Source: Thermodesulfovibrionales bacterium
GTDB lineage: Bacteria; Nitrospirota; Thermodesulfovibrionia; Thermodesulfovibrionales; SM23-35
Assembly (NCBI GenBank): GCA_963715195.1
Contig: CAVQRT010000031.1
Location: 160,001-224,000, forward strand
Reading direction: 5' to 3'
DNA length: 64,000 bases
Shown here: piece after piece, positions 54,701 to 62,817 of the stretch
How positions within the stretch are numbered: position 1 is the first letter of the stretch
Layout: every line of letters begins with the position of its first letter
The notes under the pieces: generated by a model
Databases searched by the model: none
What the model was told of the DNA's origin: nothing
Seen by the model: the letters and a program-made list of their open reading frames with translations, nothing else
Translations under genes and position numbers: made by a program

Positions 54701-54884
54701 ATGATGGGCATGTTTTCTCTTTACATTTGAAGAGTTCCCAGCATTTAATATCGCCTCTTTTTTTACGTTCCAATTTTTTCACGCCTTTTTCTCTGACTTT
54801 TGAACTCGGTATTCCTTGAGATTTTACCACAAGGCCTACATTAAAACCTCTCCTTATGGAAGAGGTTAGGTGAGGGGAATTCAT
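51756..54884 (-). CDS. Cytoplasmic HisKA_3 kinase with Cys-rich CW...CW domain, HAMP-like segment and five PAS domains (start may be GTG 54782)
   Basis: KCWE..C...C..CW...LC..C..C; five PAS/PAC repeats ending DIT; RELHDQVGQ; DDGLGF, GLGLLGMRER; no TM seen. Confidence 0.9.
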   Translation of the reverse strand: MNSPHLTSSIRRGFNVGLVVKSQGIPSSKVREKGVKKLERKKRGDIKCWELFKCKEKTCPSYKSEDHRCWLLPGTLCRNQIQGRFLEKMEICLNCRPFKSRINTILKGDTVLRDTFRVINTQFKEYKKIVADRDKELREISMELAIGITQVFEALRKISSGDINIRLNEKSNIDLISKLKHVVNLTAQEIHDSEQTMRFIQFGIDHAADSAFCIKSDAHFIYVNQAACQTLDYSQHELLSMTVHDIDPLFSKKRWSDHWQDLKKRKSFTFESLHKTKYGKTFPVEITVNFVEFEGNEYNWAFARDITARNLIQDKLKESEKKYRQLFVAETDAIIVSNVKTQHIVDANNAASRIYGYTHKEFLNKKRKHISVDPSLFEKLLRKVLSGKIVNIPLAYHRKKNGSVFPVEISAASFTSNGQKMVFAVIKDITKRKQAEDKLRDSEERFKQIAENAEEWIWEVNAEGLYTYSSPIVQRLLGYRASEIIGKKHFYDLFHPENRETLKKAALESFSLKQPFREYVNSNIHKNGKTVWLSTSGVPILDAGGNLLGYRGADTNITERKQAEEALKESEEKFRAITSTAIDAIFLLDSEGTVSYWNPAAEKMFGYKGEAALGKDLHLLLAPKRFHKEYKKGFKRFAKTGEGIAVGNTLEFSALRKDGTEFPIEVSTSALKLKNKWCSVGIVRDITDRKRAEEKIRKAELRYRTVADFTHDWEYWETPDGFLKYISPSCERITGFSPQHFAHNPNLVSEIILPEDKDIWLQHRHDTLNVQGPQSIVFRIRRKDGEIRWIDHVCQPVTDKQEMFIGVRASNRDITKRKQAEEALKKSHENLRALSLRITNIQEEERRGLTRELHDQVGQPLTALSINLDYLLEQLSGKSETTIIASLYDSKALVKKIMILIRNIIAYLRPQILDDYGLAASILWFSERFSQRTKIPVVFKGGKIKQRLPHDVETNLFRIVQESLTNISKYANASKATITLEDSGKKIRLTITDDGLGFDPSNANRKGLGLLGMRERVEAIGGILRVESSLGKGTRVIVEVKK

Positions 54885-55030
54885 TGAAGTCCCATACCAG
54901 TAAAATACTATTCTTTTTTGCGGTAAGATCTTTTTTCCCAGATATCTCTTTCTCCCGTCTTAGGTTATACAGTAGGATTTTTATATGATTCCCCACTCTT
55001 GTGGTAATTGCAGAGGTAATTGACCTAACA

Positions 55031-55148
55031 ATTCTATTTAAACATCCTTTGTTTTCAAATTTCAAACAAAAATAGTTTTTAAATAGTCGTTCTCAACAAA
55101 GGGGCATTTGAAACACAATTAGTTTTTATAATAAAACATATTTTGTTT
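55031..55148 (-). promoter_or_regulatory. Leftward sigma70 promoter with AAACA-N5-(T/A)GTTT operator array
   Basis: Minus strand TTGAAA-N16-TAGAAT (55058-55031); sites at 55040, 55064, 55111, 55134. Confidence 0.6.
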
Positions 55149-55330
55149 ATTTGTTTTGTAATAAGCACTTTTATTAAATATGGAAGTCTTTTTAAAAAAA
55201 CCAATATTGCTGTAAAAATATTTCTAACGTATTGATATAAATAGATATATATACATTAATAGAAATTTTTCTTAACCATATCCTTCTTTACATGTCGATC
55301 TATTAATAATTTTAATAGTTTTATTTTCGC

Positions 55331-55359
55331 TTGACAAAGAAACAAATATTGTTTATGAT
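55331..55359 (+). promoter_or_regulatory. Rightward sigma70 promoter with embedded operator
   Basis: TTGACA-N17-TATGAT with AAACAAATATTGTTT (55340-55354) in the spacer; RBS AAGGAGGTGA downstream. Confidence 0.75.
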
Positions 55360-55419
55360 GAAACTAATAAAAAAGAATCTTTAATCTAACTTTAATCTAA
55401 AGAAAGGAGGTGATATTAG

Positions 55420-55704
55420 ATGAAAAGGGAAAATACATGGTTTGTTTTCGGGCTAGCGCTAATTGTGGGGGTGTTTGCTATTGTGCTATTCAAAGGGCCA
55501 ACGACAGAATTGACCGAAACAGCATTGATTGAAAGCCAGCAGCATTACGAGGAGGCACAGAAGGCTTACGATTCTGGTAATCTTGAGTTAGCATTGGCAC
55601 ATTTGGAGTCGATAAACGAGAGGACGCCTGCCTGGTATGAAAGTCGGGATTTTCATTGGCAAATTAAAGCGGAAATAAACACATATGCGAGAGCACGAGA
55701 ATGA
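55420..55704 (+). CDS. Small single-pass membrane protein with TPR-like helical domain
   Basis: Strong RBS; TM near N-terminus; ESQQHYEEA...WYESRDFHWQ domain shared with next gene. Confidence 0.75.
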   Translation: MKRENTWFVFGLALIVGVFAIVLFKGPTTELTETALIESQQHYEEAQKAYDSGNLELALAHLESINERTPAWYESRDFHWQIKAEINTYARARE

Positions 55705-56276
55705 TTGGTATGCAAAAGTTAAGCAGAATAGTAAAAAACAGTATTGTTAATAAGGGGATGGACATGACGCTAGAAAAATGGCTTGAGGCCCATAGTATAT
55801 CCATGATAGACTTCGAGGGTATGTCTGGGGTTCCTTATCAGAGAATTTCAGAGCACATAAGGTTAAATAAGCCTCTATCTGAAAAACATGTCATTAAGGT
55901 ATTACAGACAACAAAATGTGATGTGTCCCCTGACATGTTAAGGCCAAGCCTCAAGCCTATTTTTCAACTTATAAACACCAAAAAATGGGTTTTAGTGCGA
56001 AGAACAACTGCATTTGCTTTATCGCTGGCGATTGTGCTTGTGACATTCGCTGCTATAATATTCCAATCACCTGCTGATTTTTCCGATTCTGTGCTAGTCG
56101 AAAGTCAGCGTCACTACGAAGAGGCCAAGAATGCCTTCAGCAATAATGACCTCGAGTTTGCATTGTCGCATCTTGAGGCGATAGAAAAGAAGACCCCCGT
56201 CTGGTACGAGAGTAGAGAGCTTCACTGGCAAGTTAAAGAGGAGTTGAACACGTATGCGCGGAAAGAGAGCAAATAA
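55701..56276 (+). CDS. Cro/YdaS-like HTH + TM + TPR-like domain protein (start may be 55758/55764)
   Basis: MTLEKWL...SGVPYQRISE...VSPDMLRP; hydrophobic TM; ESQRHYEEA...WYESRELHWQ. Confidence 0.7.
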   Translation: MIGMQKLSRIVKNSIVNKGMDMTLEKWLEAHSISMIDFEGMSGVPYQRISEHIRLNKPLSEKHVIKVLQTTKCDVSPDMLRPSLKPIFQLINTKKWVLVRRTTAFALSLAIVLVTFAAIIFQSPADFSDSVLVESQRHYEEAKNAFSNNDLEFALSHLEAIEKKTPVWYESRELHWQVKEELNTYARKESK

Positions 56277-56451
56277 ATGTTTTAAATTAAGTAGCGTAGA
56301 TATAGTGATAGAAGAAGTTCGAAGGTGGCAATAGTAATGTCAATATTGTATTTATACGATTTTATAACATTTATTGGTGGGCTCGAAAGAAGAAAGATTA
56401 CTTTGACGCAAATATACTTGTGAAAAAAAAGCGCATTAAAAGGAATTCATC

Positions 56452-56661
56452 ATGAAAAATATACTATTTATTATAATCTGTGTATTTCTCTTTTTTTTAT
56501 TGGGCATCGAATTTCTAATCCATAAACATCTTTATTTTTCGTGGGAAAAGTGGCCAGGTTTTTATGCTGCTTTCGGATTTGTAGCCTTTGTGGTACTCAT
56601 TATGACAGCAAAATATATACTGCGGCCAATCATAAAAAGAAAAGAAAATTATTATGATTAA
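56452..56661 (+). CDS. Small membrane protein of the type found in mrp-like antiporter clusters
   Basis: H..FSWE.WPGFYAAFGFV, R.ENYYD; overlaps next gene. Confidence 0.6.
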   Translation: MKNILFIIICVFLFFLLGIEFLIHKHLYFSWEKWPGFYAAFGFVAFVVLIMTAKYILRPIIKRKENYYD

Positions 56662-58482
56662 TACGGCACCCCCAGCCGTTTTATTTGTCCTTGGGGCTCT
56701 CTTCATACCATTTTTAAAGGGAAAAACAAAAAATATATATCTCTTGTTGTTGCCCATTATTGGTTTTATTAACCTGATAAATATTCCTGAAGGAACACAC
56801 TGGGTTGTCAGGTTTCTTGATTATGAGCTTGTCTTTGGTAAGGTTGACAGACTTAGTCTTTTTTTTGGATATATATATCATCTAATTACTTTTCTAATTT
56901 TTCTTTATGCCATACATTTAAAGGATAATGCACAGCATGTGGCAGGTTTTATTTATGCAGGAAGCTCTTTAGGAGTTGTCTTTGCTGGTGATTTCCTTTC
57001 TCTATTTCTCTTCTGGGAAATGATGACTTTTAGTGCTGTCATTTTGGTCTGGTCAAACAGAACCAAGAAATCTATAGCTGCAGGATTCAGATATCTTCTT
57101 GGTTCATGTCACCGGAGGTCTTTGCCTTCTGGCGGGTATTATTCTTTATGTAATTGAAACTGGTTCTACTGAGTTTGGCTACATAGGATTAAAAGGATTA
57201 GCGACGTTTCTTATTTTTATTGGATTTGGTATCAATTGTGCTTGGCCAGGCCTCCATATCGTGGCTTCCTGATGCTTACCCGGAGTCAACAATAACAGGT
57301 GCTATATTCATGTGGACTTTTACAACAAAGACTGCTGTCTATGTCCTGGCAAGAGGTTTTCCGGGTACTGAAGCTCTGATATGGATTGGGGCAATCATGA
57401 CGGTATTCCCAATATTTTTTGCTGTCATCGAAAATAATCTAAGGAGAGTTCTTTCCTATAGTCTAATTAACCAGGTTGGATACATGGTCTGTGGCATTGG
57501 AATAGGGACACAGCTTTCTATCAATGGCACCGTGTCCCATGTCTTCTGCCATATCTTGTATAAGGGCCTTCTCGTTATGTCTATGGGTGCTGTCATGTAT
57601 CGGACAGGGAAAATAAATTGCACAGATCTGGGGGGACTTTATAAGAGTATGCCATTGACAGCCATTTTCTGTATAGTTGGTGCTGCATCCATCTCTGCAT
57701 TTCCACTATTCAGTGGGTTTATCTGTAAGTCAATGGTCGTTGAAGCATCTGCATTGGGAGGTATGAGTATCATATGGTTTTTACTCATGTTTGCATCAGT
57801 AGGTGTATTGGAACATGCAGGTATCAAAGTGCCTTATTATGCCTTTTTCTCCCATGACTCTGGCATACGAACAAAAGAAGCCCCTCTGAACATGCTTATT
57901 GCTATGGGAATAGCTGCCTTTTTATGTATTTTCATTGGTGTATTTCCGGGACCATTATACAGTCTTCTCCCATATCCTGTAGACTTCGATCCCTATACAC
58001 CTTTCCACATAGTAAGCATGAGTCAATTACTTTTCTTTGGTGCATTTGCCTACCTACTACTTGTGCTCTCGGGTATCTTTCCAGCTGAAATAAGGGCTCT
58101 TAATCTTGATTTTGATTGGTTCTACAGAAAAGGAGCATTGGTCTTTAAGTGGTGCTATGAGGGTCTAAATGACTTTAGGATCAAAGTACAAGTCTTACTA
58201 TCCAAATTCGTAGATGGAACCGCGAAGCATGGGCTTGATCCACTTTACATTCCTATGCTGGGAACAAGCTATATAAAGCTGAAGATTGTACAGACGTTTT
58301 TTAAGAAAAAAACCAAAGAATATGAGTTTAAGTTCAAGCAACTACGGGAGTTAGGAGAGGACAGCATGACTTATACCGCAGATGTACCGCGAAAACCTAT
58401 GGGTTTCGGTATTCTTCTGGCCCTTGCACTAATGTTTCTTTATCTGCTGGTATATCTAATATTTTATTTGCCGAAAAAATGA
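56654..58482 (+). pseudogene. MrpD/NuoN-like antiporter subunit with two +1 frameshifts (~57101, ~57261)
   Basis: Continuous protein restored as GFRYLL-VHVTGG...NCAWPGLHI-WLPDAYPE by removing single bases; could be assembly errors. Confidence 0.75.
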
Positions 58483-58489
58483 TGAGGAA

Positions 58490-58648
58490 TTACTCGCTGC
58501 TCATGATGGCAACCGTTGGGTTGTAGCTGCGGTGAAGTACTGTTGAGCTCACCCCTCCTAATATAAGATCTTTTAGAGCGGTGCGTCCTTTACGAACCAT
58601 AATAATGAGATTGTAATCTTCTTCCGCTTCCTTAAGAATCTCCTCGGC
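58490..58648 (-). pseudogene. Universal stress protein C-terminal remnant
   Basis: AEEILKEAEEDYNLIIMVRKGRTALKDLILGGVSSTVLHRSYNPTVAIM; no intact N-terminus found. Confidence 0.7.
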
Positions 58649-58842
58649 TTACCGTATGGCTAACTCGGGGATAAGAATCGGATTTCCACTTACTTTTGCA
58701 ACAGCATTTACCACTCTTGATAAGGAATTTTGTACGCTAAACCTGACACTATTCAGAGGAACATCGCAAAACCAAAGAAATCCAGTACCTGCTTTCCTGT
58801 AAGACCAGTCAGCATTAAGTTTTTCTCATAATCTCCGACTGA

Positions 58843-58929
58843 GTCATTCCGGCTCTTGTCCGGAATCTGTCTTTATTTTAGGTAGAATTCCCGACGGCCC
58901 CGTATCAAGTACGGGGTTGCGGGAATGAA
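58843..58929. repeat. REP-like paired palindromic element
   Basis: GTCATTCCGGCTCTTGTCCGGAATC...CCCCGTATCAAGTACGGGGTTGCGGGAATGA. Confidence 0.7.
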
Positions 58930-58982
58930 GTTCTTAGAGAGACACCCTATTTTGAGGGTTCTTACAATTATCCTTTCTTTTT

Positions 58983-60500
58983 TTATTTCAACGTAACCGG
59001 CATTCCCATAAGAGGCCACAGAATCGCTGCCGCAAAACCTATTACTGCCATTAAGATAATGCTTGTGGGAATTCCGGCAAGGAAAAATTCTCCTGCAGTA
59101 AATTGCTTAGATTCATATGCAATTGCATTTGGAGCAGCACCAACGAGAAGAATGAACGGCATGCCTGCTGCAACGAGCGAAGCGTATAAGACTACTTCGG
59201 GAGCTACACCAAGATAAGGAGCGATAACAAGTGCAACCGGCATCGAAATAGCAATCGCGGCAACGTTCATAATGAAGTTGGTCATGATCAAGACGAAGAA
59301 GGCGATAGCAAGAACGAAAATGAACCAATTTGCCTTCTGGAACATAACAAGCCAATTGATAGCCATCCATTTTGCGGCCCCGGTTTCCCAGAGACAGAAG
59401 CCGATGCTCATAGCCCCTCCAAAAAGGAGAATGATATTCCAGGGGATTTCTTCCAGGTCTTTGATGGTGAGAATCTTGGTCAGGAAGAATACTAAGGTGC
59501 CAACAAGAACAATCGCGGATTTATTAAACTCTTTCAGTGCCGGGATAAAAGACTGCAGTGAGAGAAAGACGATTATTGATAAAACCACAAACCCCGAAAA
59601 AAGCTCTTTCCCTGTTATTGCCCCTAAATCTTTATAAAGCTGTATTGATTTTTCTCGGAGTCCAGGAATAGTCTTCTTTTCGGGCTTGAACCATACGAGC
59701 ATGAAGAACCACAAAATGAATGTCATAGCCCAACCCACTGGAAACATATATTTTGAAAGCTCGAAGAAGGTGACATTCTTGTGAGCGATTTCATTGAAGA
59801 ACCCTATCGCTACAGCGCCGCGCGCAGCACCCAATAGGGTAATAATACTGCCGGCACCTGCGACGTATGCCATACCGATAAATAGCCCTTTGCCAAATTT
59901 TGTTGGCTTATCCCCCTCCCCATACAGTGAATAAATGGCGAGAAGGAGAGGATATACGGTTGCTGCAACTGCTGTGTGGGCCATAAGATGGGTAAGGATA
60001 GTTGTTAATACAAAACAGCCAAGATATATCATGCTCGTTCTTTCACCCAAGATGGAGAGCATTTTGTAAGCTAGGCGTTTTGTAAGTCCTGTTTTCGTGA
60101 ATACCAATCCGATGATGATGGACCCAAAGATAAACCAGACCGATGGATCAAAGAAGCTTCTGAAAGCTTCCTTTGCCGGCCGAATGAAAAAAAGGGCCTG
60201 AAATACGCCGATGGCGATGCTGGTGACACCAATGGGTACGACTTCAAAAACCCACCACGTGCCTGCAAGGAGAAAAAGGGCTACCGCCCCTTTCCCCTCC
60301 TTCGAAAGCGGGAAATGCTCTCCGAGTGGGTCAACAGCATCTGGTAATGGCTGCATGTAGTAAAAAACAAAAAAGAAGGTTAATCCCAAGAATATAAAGA
60401 TTAGTCTTCTTATATTGAGTTTCGGCTTTGCTTCTGCCACTACTATCTCAGGTGGCGGCTCAGGTAGCCCTTCTGTTTTCTTTATCTCTTTGTCTGACAT
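58983..60500 (-). CDS. SLC13/DASS family anion permease
   Basis: WWVFEVVPIG, PWNIILLFGGA, GAAPNAIAY; many TMs. Confidence 0.9.
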   Translation of the reverse strand: MSDKEIKKTEGLPEPPPEIVVAEAKPKLNIRRLIFIFLGLTFFFVFYYMQPLPDAVDPLGEHFPLSKEGKGAVALFLLAGTWWVFEVVPIGVTSIAIGVFQALFFIRPAKEAFRSFFDPSVWFIFGSIIIGLVFTKTGLTKRLAYKMLSILGERTSMIYLGCFVLTTILTHLMAHTAVAATVYPLLLAIYSLYGEGDKPTKFGKGLFIGMAYVAGAGSIITLLGAARGAVAIGFFNEIAHKNVTFFELSKYMFPVGWAMTFILWFFMLVWFKPEKKTIPGLREKSIQLYKDLGAITGKELFSGFVVLSIIVFLSLQSFIPALKEFNKSAIVLVGTLVFFLTKILTIKDLEEIPWNIILLFGGAMSIGFCLWETGAAKWMAINWLVMFQKANWFIFVLAIAFFVLIMTNFIMNVAAIAISMPVALVIAPYLGVAPEVVLYASLVAAGMPFILLVGAAPNAIAYESKQFTAGEFFLAGIPTSIILMAVIGFAAAILWPLMGMPVTLK

Positions 60501-60518
60501 GTTTCCCTCCTTTATTCC

Positions 60519-61035
60519 TTATAAAATTGCATTCGAGATTTCATCGAAAACTTCGATCATCCTGACGAGACCGACAAATTTCTTTCTGCCTTCCAGGACG
60601 GGCAGCAGGATCAGATCATGATGGAGCATCAGATATGCCGCCTTGGTTATAGGGTCGGTTGGTTCAACGAAGTAATGTGCAGGCACCATGATGTCGCTCA
60701 CCGGTTTTTCAGCAAGGGCTTTTGAACTCTTGTCGAAGAGCGTGTCCCAGATCAGTGACAGTGTGGATTCGTCTTCCTCTGAGTCCCTGTGCTTTCTCAC
60801 TTGCCTTCAGAAACCTGGGTTCCATCCCCCTGAGGATGTCCTTGAGCGTGATTGTGCCCATGAGGTTATACTTTTCATCGAAAACGAGGACAGCGAGGGG
60901 GTCCGGATACTTCTTGGCACTGATAAAAGAGGCCTTTACGATCTTGATGGCCTGATTTATCGTAAACCAGTACGGCACATGAGGATACTCAAAGATGCCG
61001 ATCATCACGTCTTTTACGACTTTGCTGTCTGACAT
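60519..61035 (-). pseudogene. CBS-domain protein split by a frameshift near 60783
   Basis: Track ORFs 60709-61035 and 60519-60800 are consecutive halves (…AQGL | EEDESTL…); may be an assembly error. Confidence 0.7.
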
Positions 61036-61050
61036 AGTCCCTCCTTATGG

Positions 61051-61788
61051 TTAGGCTACTTTTCGTTCAAGGTTGATCAGAAATGTGAACTTATCCGTCC
61101 GCTTGATTGATCGGGTATACATGACCGCCGTGTCCCCGGAAAAAAAATACTGGTGCAGGAGGATTGCGGGAGATCCCTCGGATAACCCGATTATGGCTGA
61201 CTCCTCAGCAGACAGGAAGGTTATTTCCATGTGATGCTCGACCCTTGTCAACTTGATGCCATATTTCTTCTCGAATACATTGAAGAGACAGCCATGCTCG
61301 AGGTCCTCCTTGAGGAGAAGAGGGCAGAGGTGGTAGGGGATATAGCTCTCCTGAAGGATTCCGGGTTCTCCGTCAATCGACAGGAGTCGCCTGAGGTAAA
61401 TAACCGGGCTGTCTGTCGGCAGATGCAGTTTTCTACTCAGATCACCCGTGGGCACGATGACGCTCCGCGCAAGGATTGCTGTAGCGACTTGCCCTCCTTT
61501 TTCAAAGAGGATGTCGTGCAGGCTCGTAAGCATGGTGGGGCTATCGGATACAATATTCCGGAATATGAATGTGCCCTTCCCCTGCTGTCGTTTCAGGTAG
61601 CCCTGCCGCACGAGTTCCATGAGAGCCGTTCTGACGGTTATCCTGCTTACGTTGAACATCTTGCAGAGATCGTCTTCGGTAGGGATTTTCGACCCTATTG
61701 GCCACTCGCTGTTTTCAATCTTCTTTCGTAAGACTTCATACAGCTGAAAATAGAGTTTCTGGTGGTCGTCTCTGTCAATTAATTCCAT
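61051..61788 (-). CDS. GntR family (HutC/UTRA) regulator
   Basis: LYFQL, IPTE..L...FNVSRITVR, QGKGTF, UTRA domain. Confidence 0.92.
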   Translation of the reverse strand: MELIDRDDHQKLYFQLYEVLRKKIENSEWPIGSKIPTEDDLCKMFNVSRITVRTALMELVRQGYLKRQQGKGTFIFRNIVSDSPTMLTSLHDILFEKGGQVATAILARSVIVPTGDLSRKLHLPTDSPVIYLRRLLSIDGEPGILQESYIPYHLCPLLLKEDLEHGCLFNVFEKKYGIKLTRVEHHMEITFLSAEESAIIGLSEGSPAILLHQYFFSGDTAVMYTRSIKRTDKFTFLINLERKVA

Positions 61789-61875
61789 AATTCGTGTATT
61801 TGTATGCGAGACTTATAAAAAATCAGCAGGAACTCCCTGTGGTCTTACTACAGGGATGCATTGTTTCCCCATCTG

Positions 61876-61945
61876 TGTCATTGCCCGACTCAGATCGCGC
61901 AATCCAAAGAAAGAAGTGGATCCCCGGGTTACGCCGGAGGATGAC
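61876..61945. repeat. REP-like paired palindromic element
   Basis: TGTCATTGCCCGACTCAGATCGCGCAATCCA...TGGATCCCCGGGTTACGCCGGAGGATGAC. Confidence 0.7.
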
Positions 61946-62087
61946 GGTATTAAGGTTAACTTTTACGCCCTGCGTTTTGCGCAGATGTCTAATTAAGATC
62001 ATTATAATGTTATAAAGATAATTTAGAATTACAATATATCAATATGCACGATACTCTAATTTTCCTACCTTGGGGTGGGGCTTTGCA

Positions 62088-62131
62088 ATCAGGTAAGGAC
62101 CGTATTTCTATCGGGTAAAGACTGTATTTTT
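62088..62131. promoter_or_regulatory. Two tandem 22-bp repeats, putative NarL-family sites
   Basis: ATCAGGTAAGGACCGTATTTCT / ATCGGGTAAAGACTGTATTTTT (18/22 identical). Confidence 0.55.
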
Positions 62132-62184
62132 AGGGGAAAGAAGGCGTCATTTGATGCAGGCACCGCGGCAAAAGGCGTGTCTTC

Positions 62185-62817
62185 CTACTCTTTGTCTACC
62201 AATCCCGTCTTCATTGCATATCTCACAAGATCGGCAGTTGAGTGCAGATCGAGTTTCTGCATAATATTTGTCCTGTGGGTTTCCACAGTCTTCACACTGA
62301 TACACAATTTGTCACCGATCTGCCTGTTTGTGAGACCGGTTGCGATGAGCCTCAATATCTCGCTCTCCCGAGCCGTAAGTATGCGTGATTCGCTATCGAG
62401 GTATAAAGGTTGTTTGAAAATTCTTTGAGAGACAGACGGACTGACAAAAGTTCCACCGGCATAAACAGATCGGATTGCGTAGAGGAGGTCTTCAAAAGCA
62501 TTATCTTTCAGAACATACCCAGATACTTCTAATCCCATTGCTTTTCGTGCAGTCATTGAGTCCTTGTGCATGGTAAGAAAGATCACCTTGGTCCCGATGT
62601 TCAACTCACGGATTTTCCGAAAGATCTCAAAGCCATCGAGCCCCGGCATTGATATGTCGACTATAGCGATATCGGGTCGCTCTCTCATAATAAGATTCAG
62701 CGCTTCGGCTCCGTCACCAGCCTCTCCAATGACAGATAGGTTATTTTCGGCACTGAGCAGCTTGAGAAGCCCTTGTCTGAATATGACGTGATCGTCAGCG
62801 ATGATAACCCTGATCAT
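62185..62817 (-). CDS. NarL/LuxR-family response regulator
   Basis: IADDH, VDISMP, LTARESEIL, ISVKTVETHR. Confidence 0.94.
   Translation of the reverse strand: MIRVIIADDHVIFRQGLLKLLSAENNLSVIGEAGDGAEALNLIMRERPDIAIVDISMPGLDGFEIFRKIRELNIGTKVIFLTMHKDSMTARKAMGLEVSGYVLKDNAFEDLLYAIRSVYAGGTFVSPSVSQRIFKQPLYLDSESRILTARESEILRLIATGLTNRQIGDKLCISVKTVETHRTNIMQKLDLHSTADLVRYAMKTGLVDKE

Noticed and set aside
47002..58830. Intact prophage or integrative element
   Set aside because: No integrase, transposase, att-like repeats, tRNA target, replication or virion genes recognised
62002..62015. TTATAA-N2-TTATAA as GntR operator
   Set aside because: Single low-complexity palindrome over 200 bp from gntR with no second copy seen
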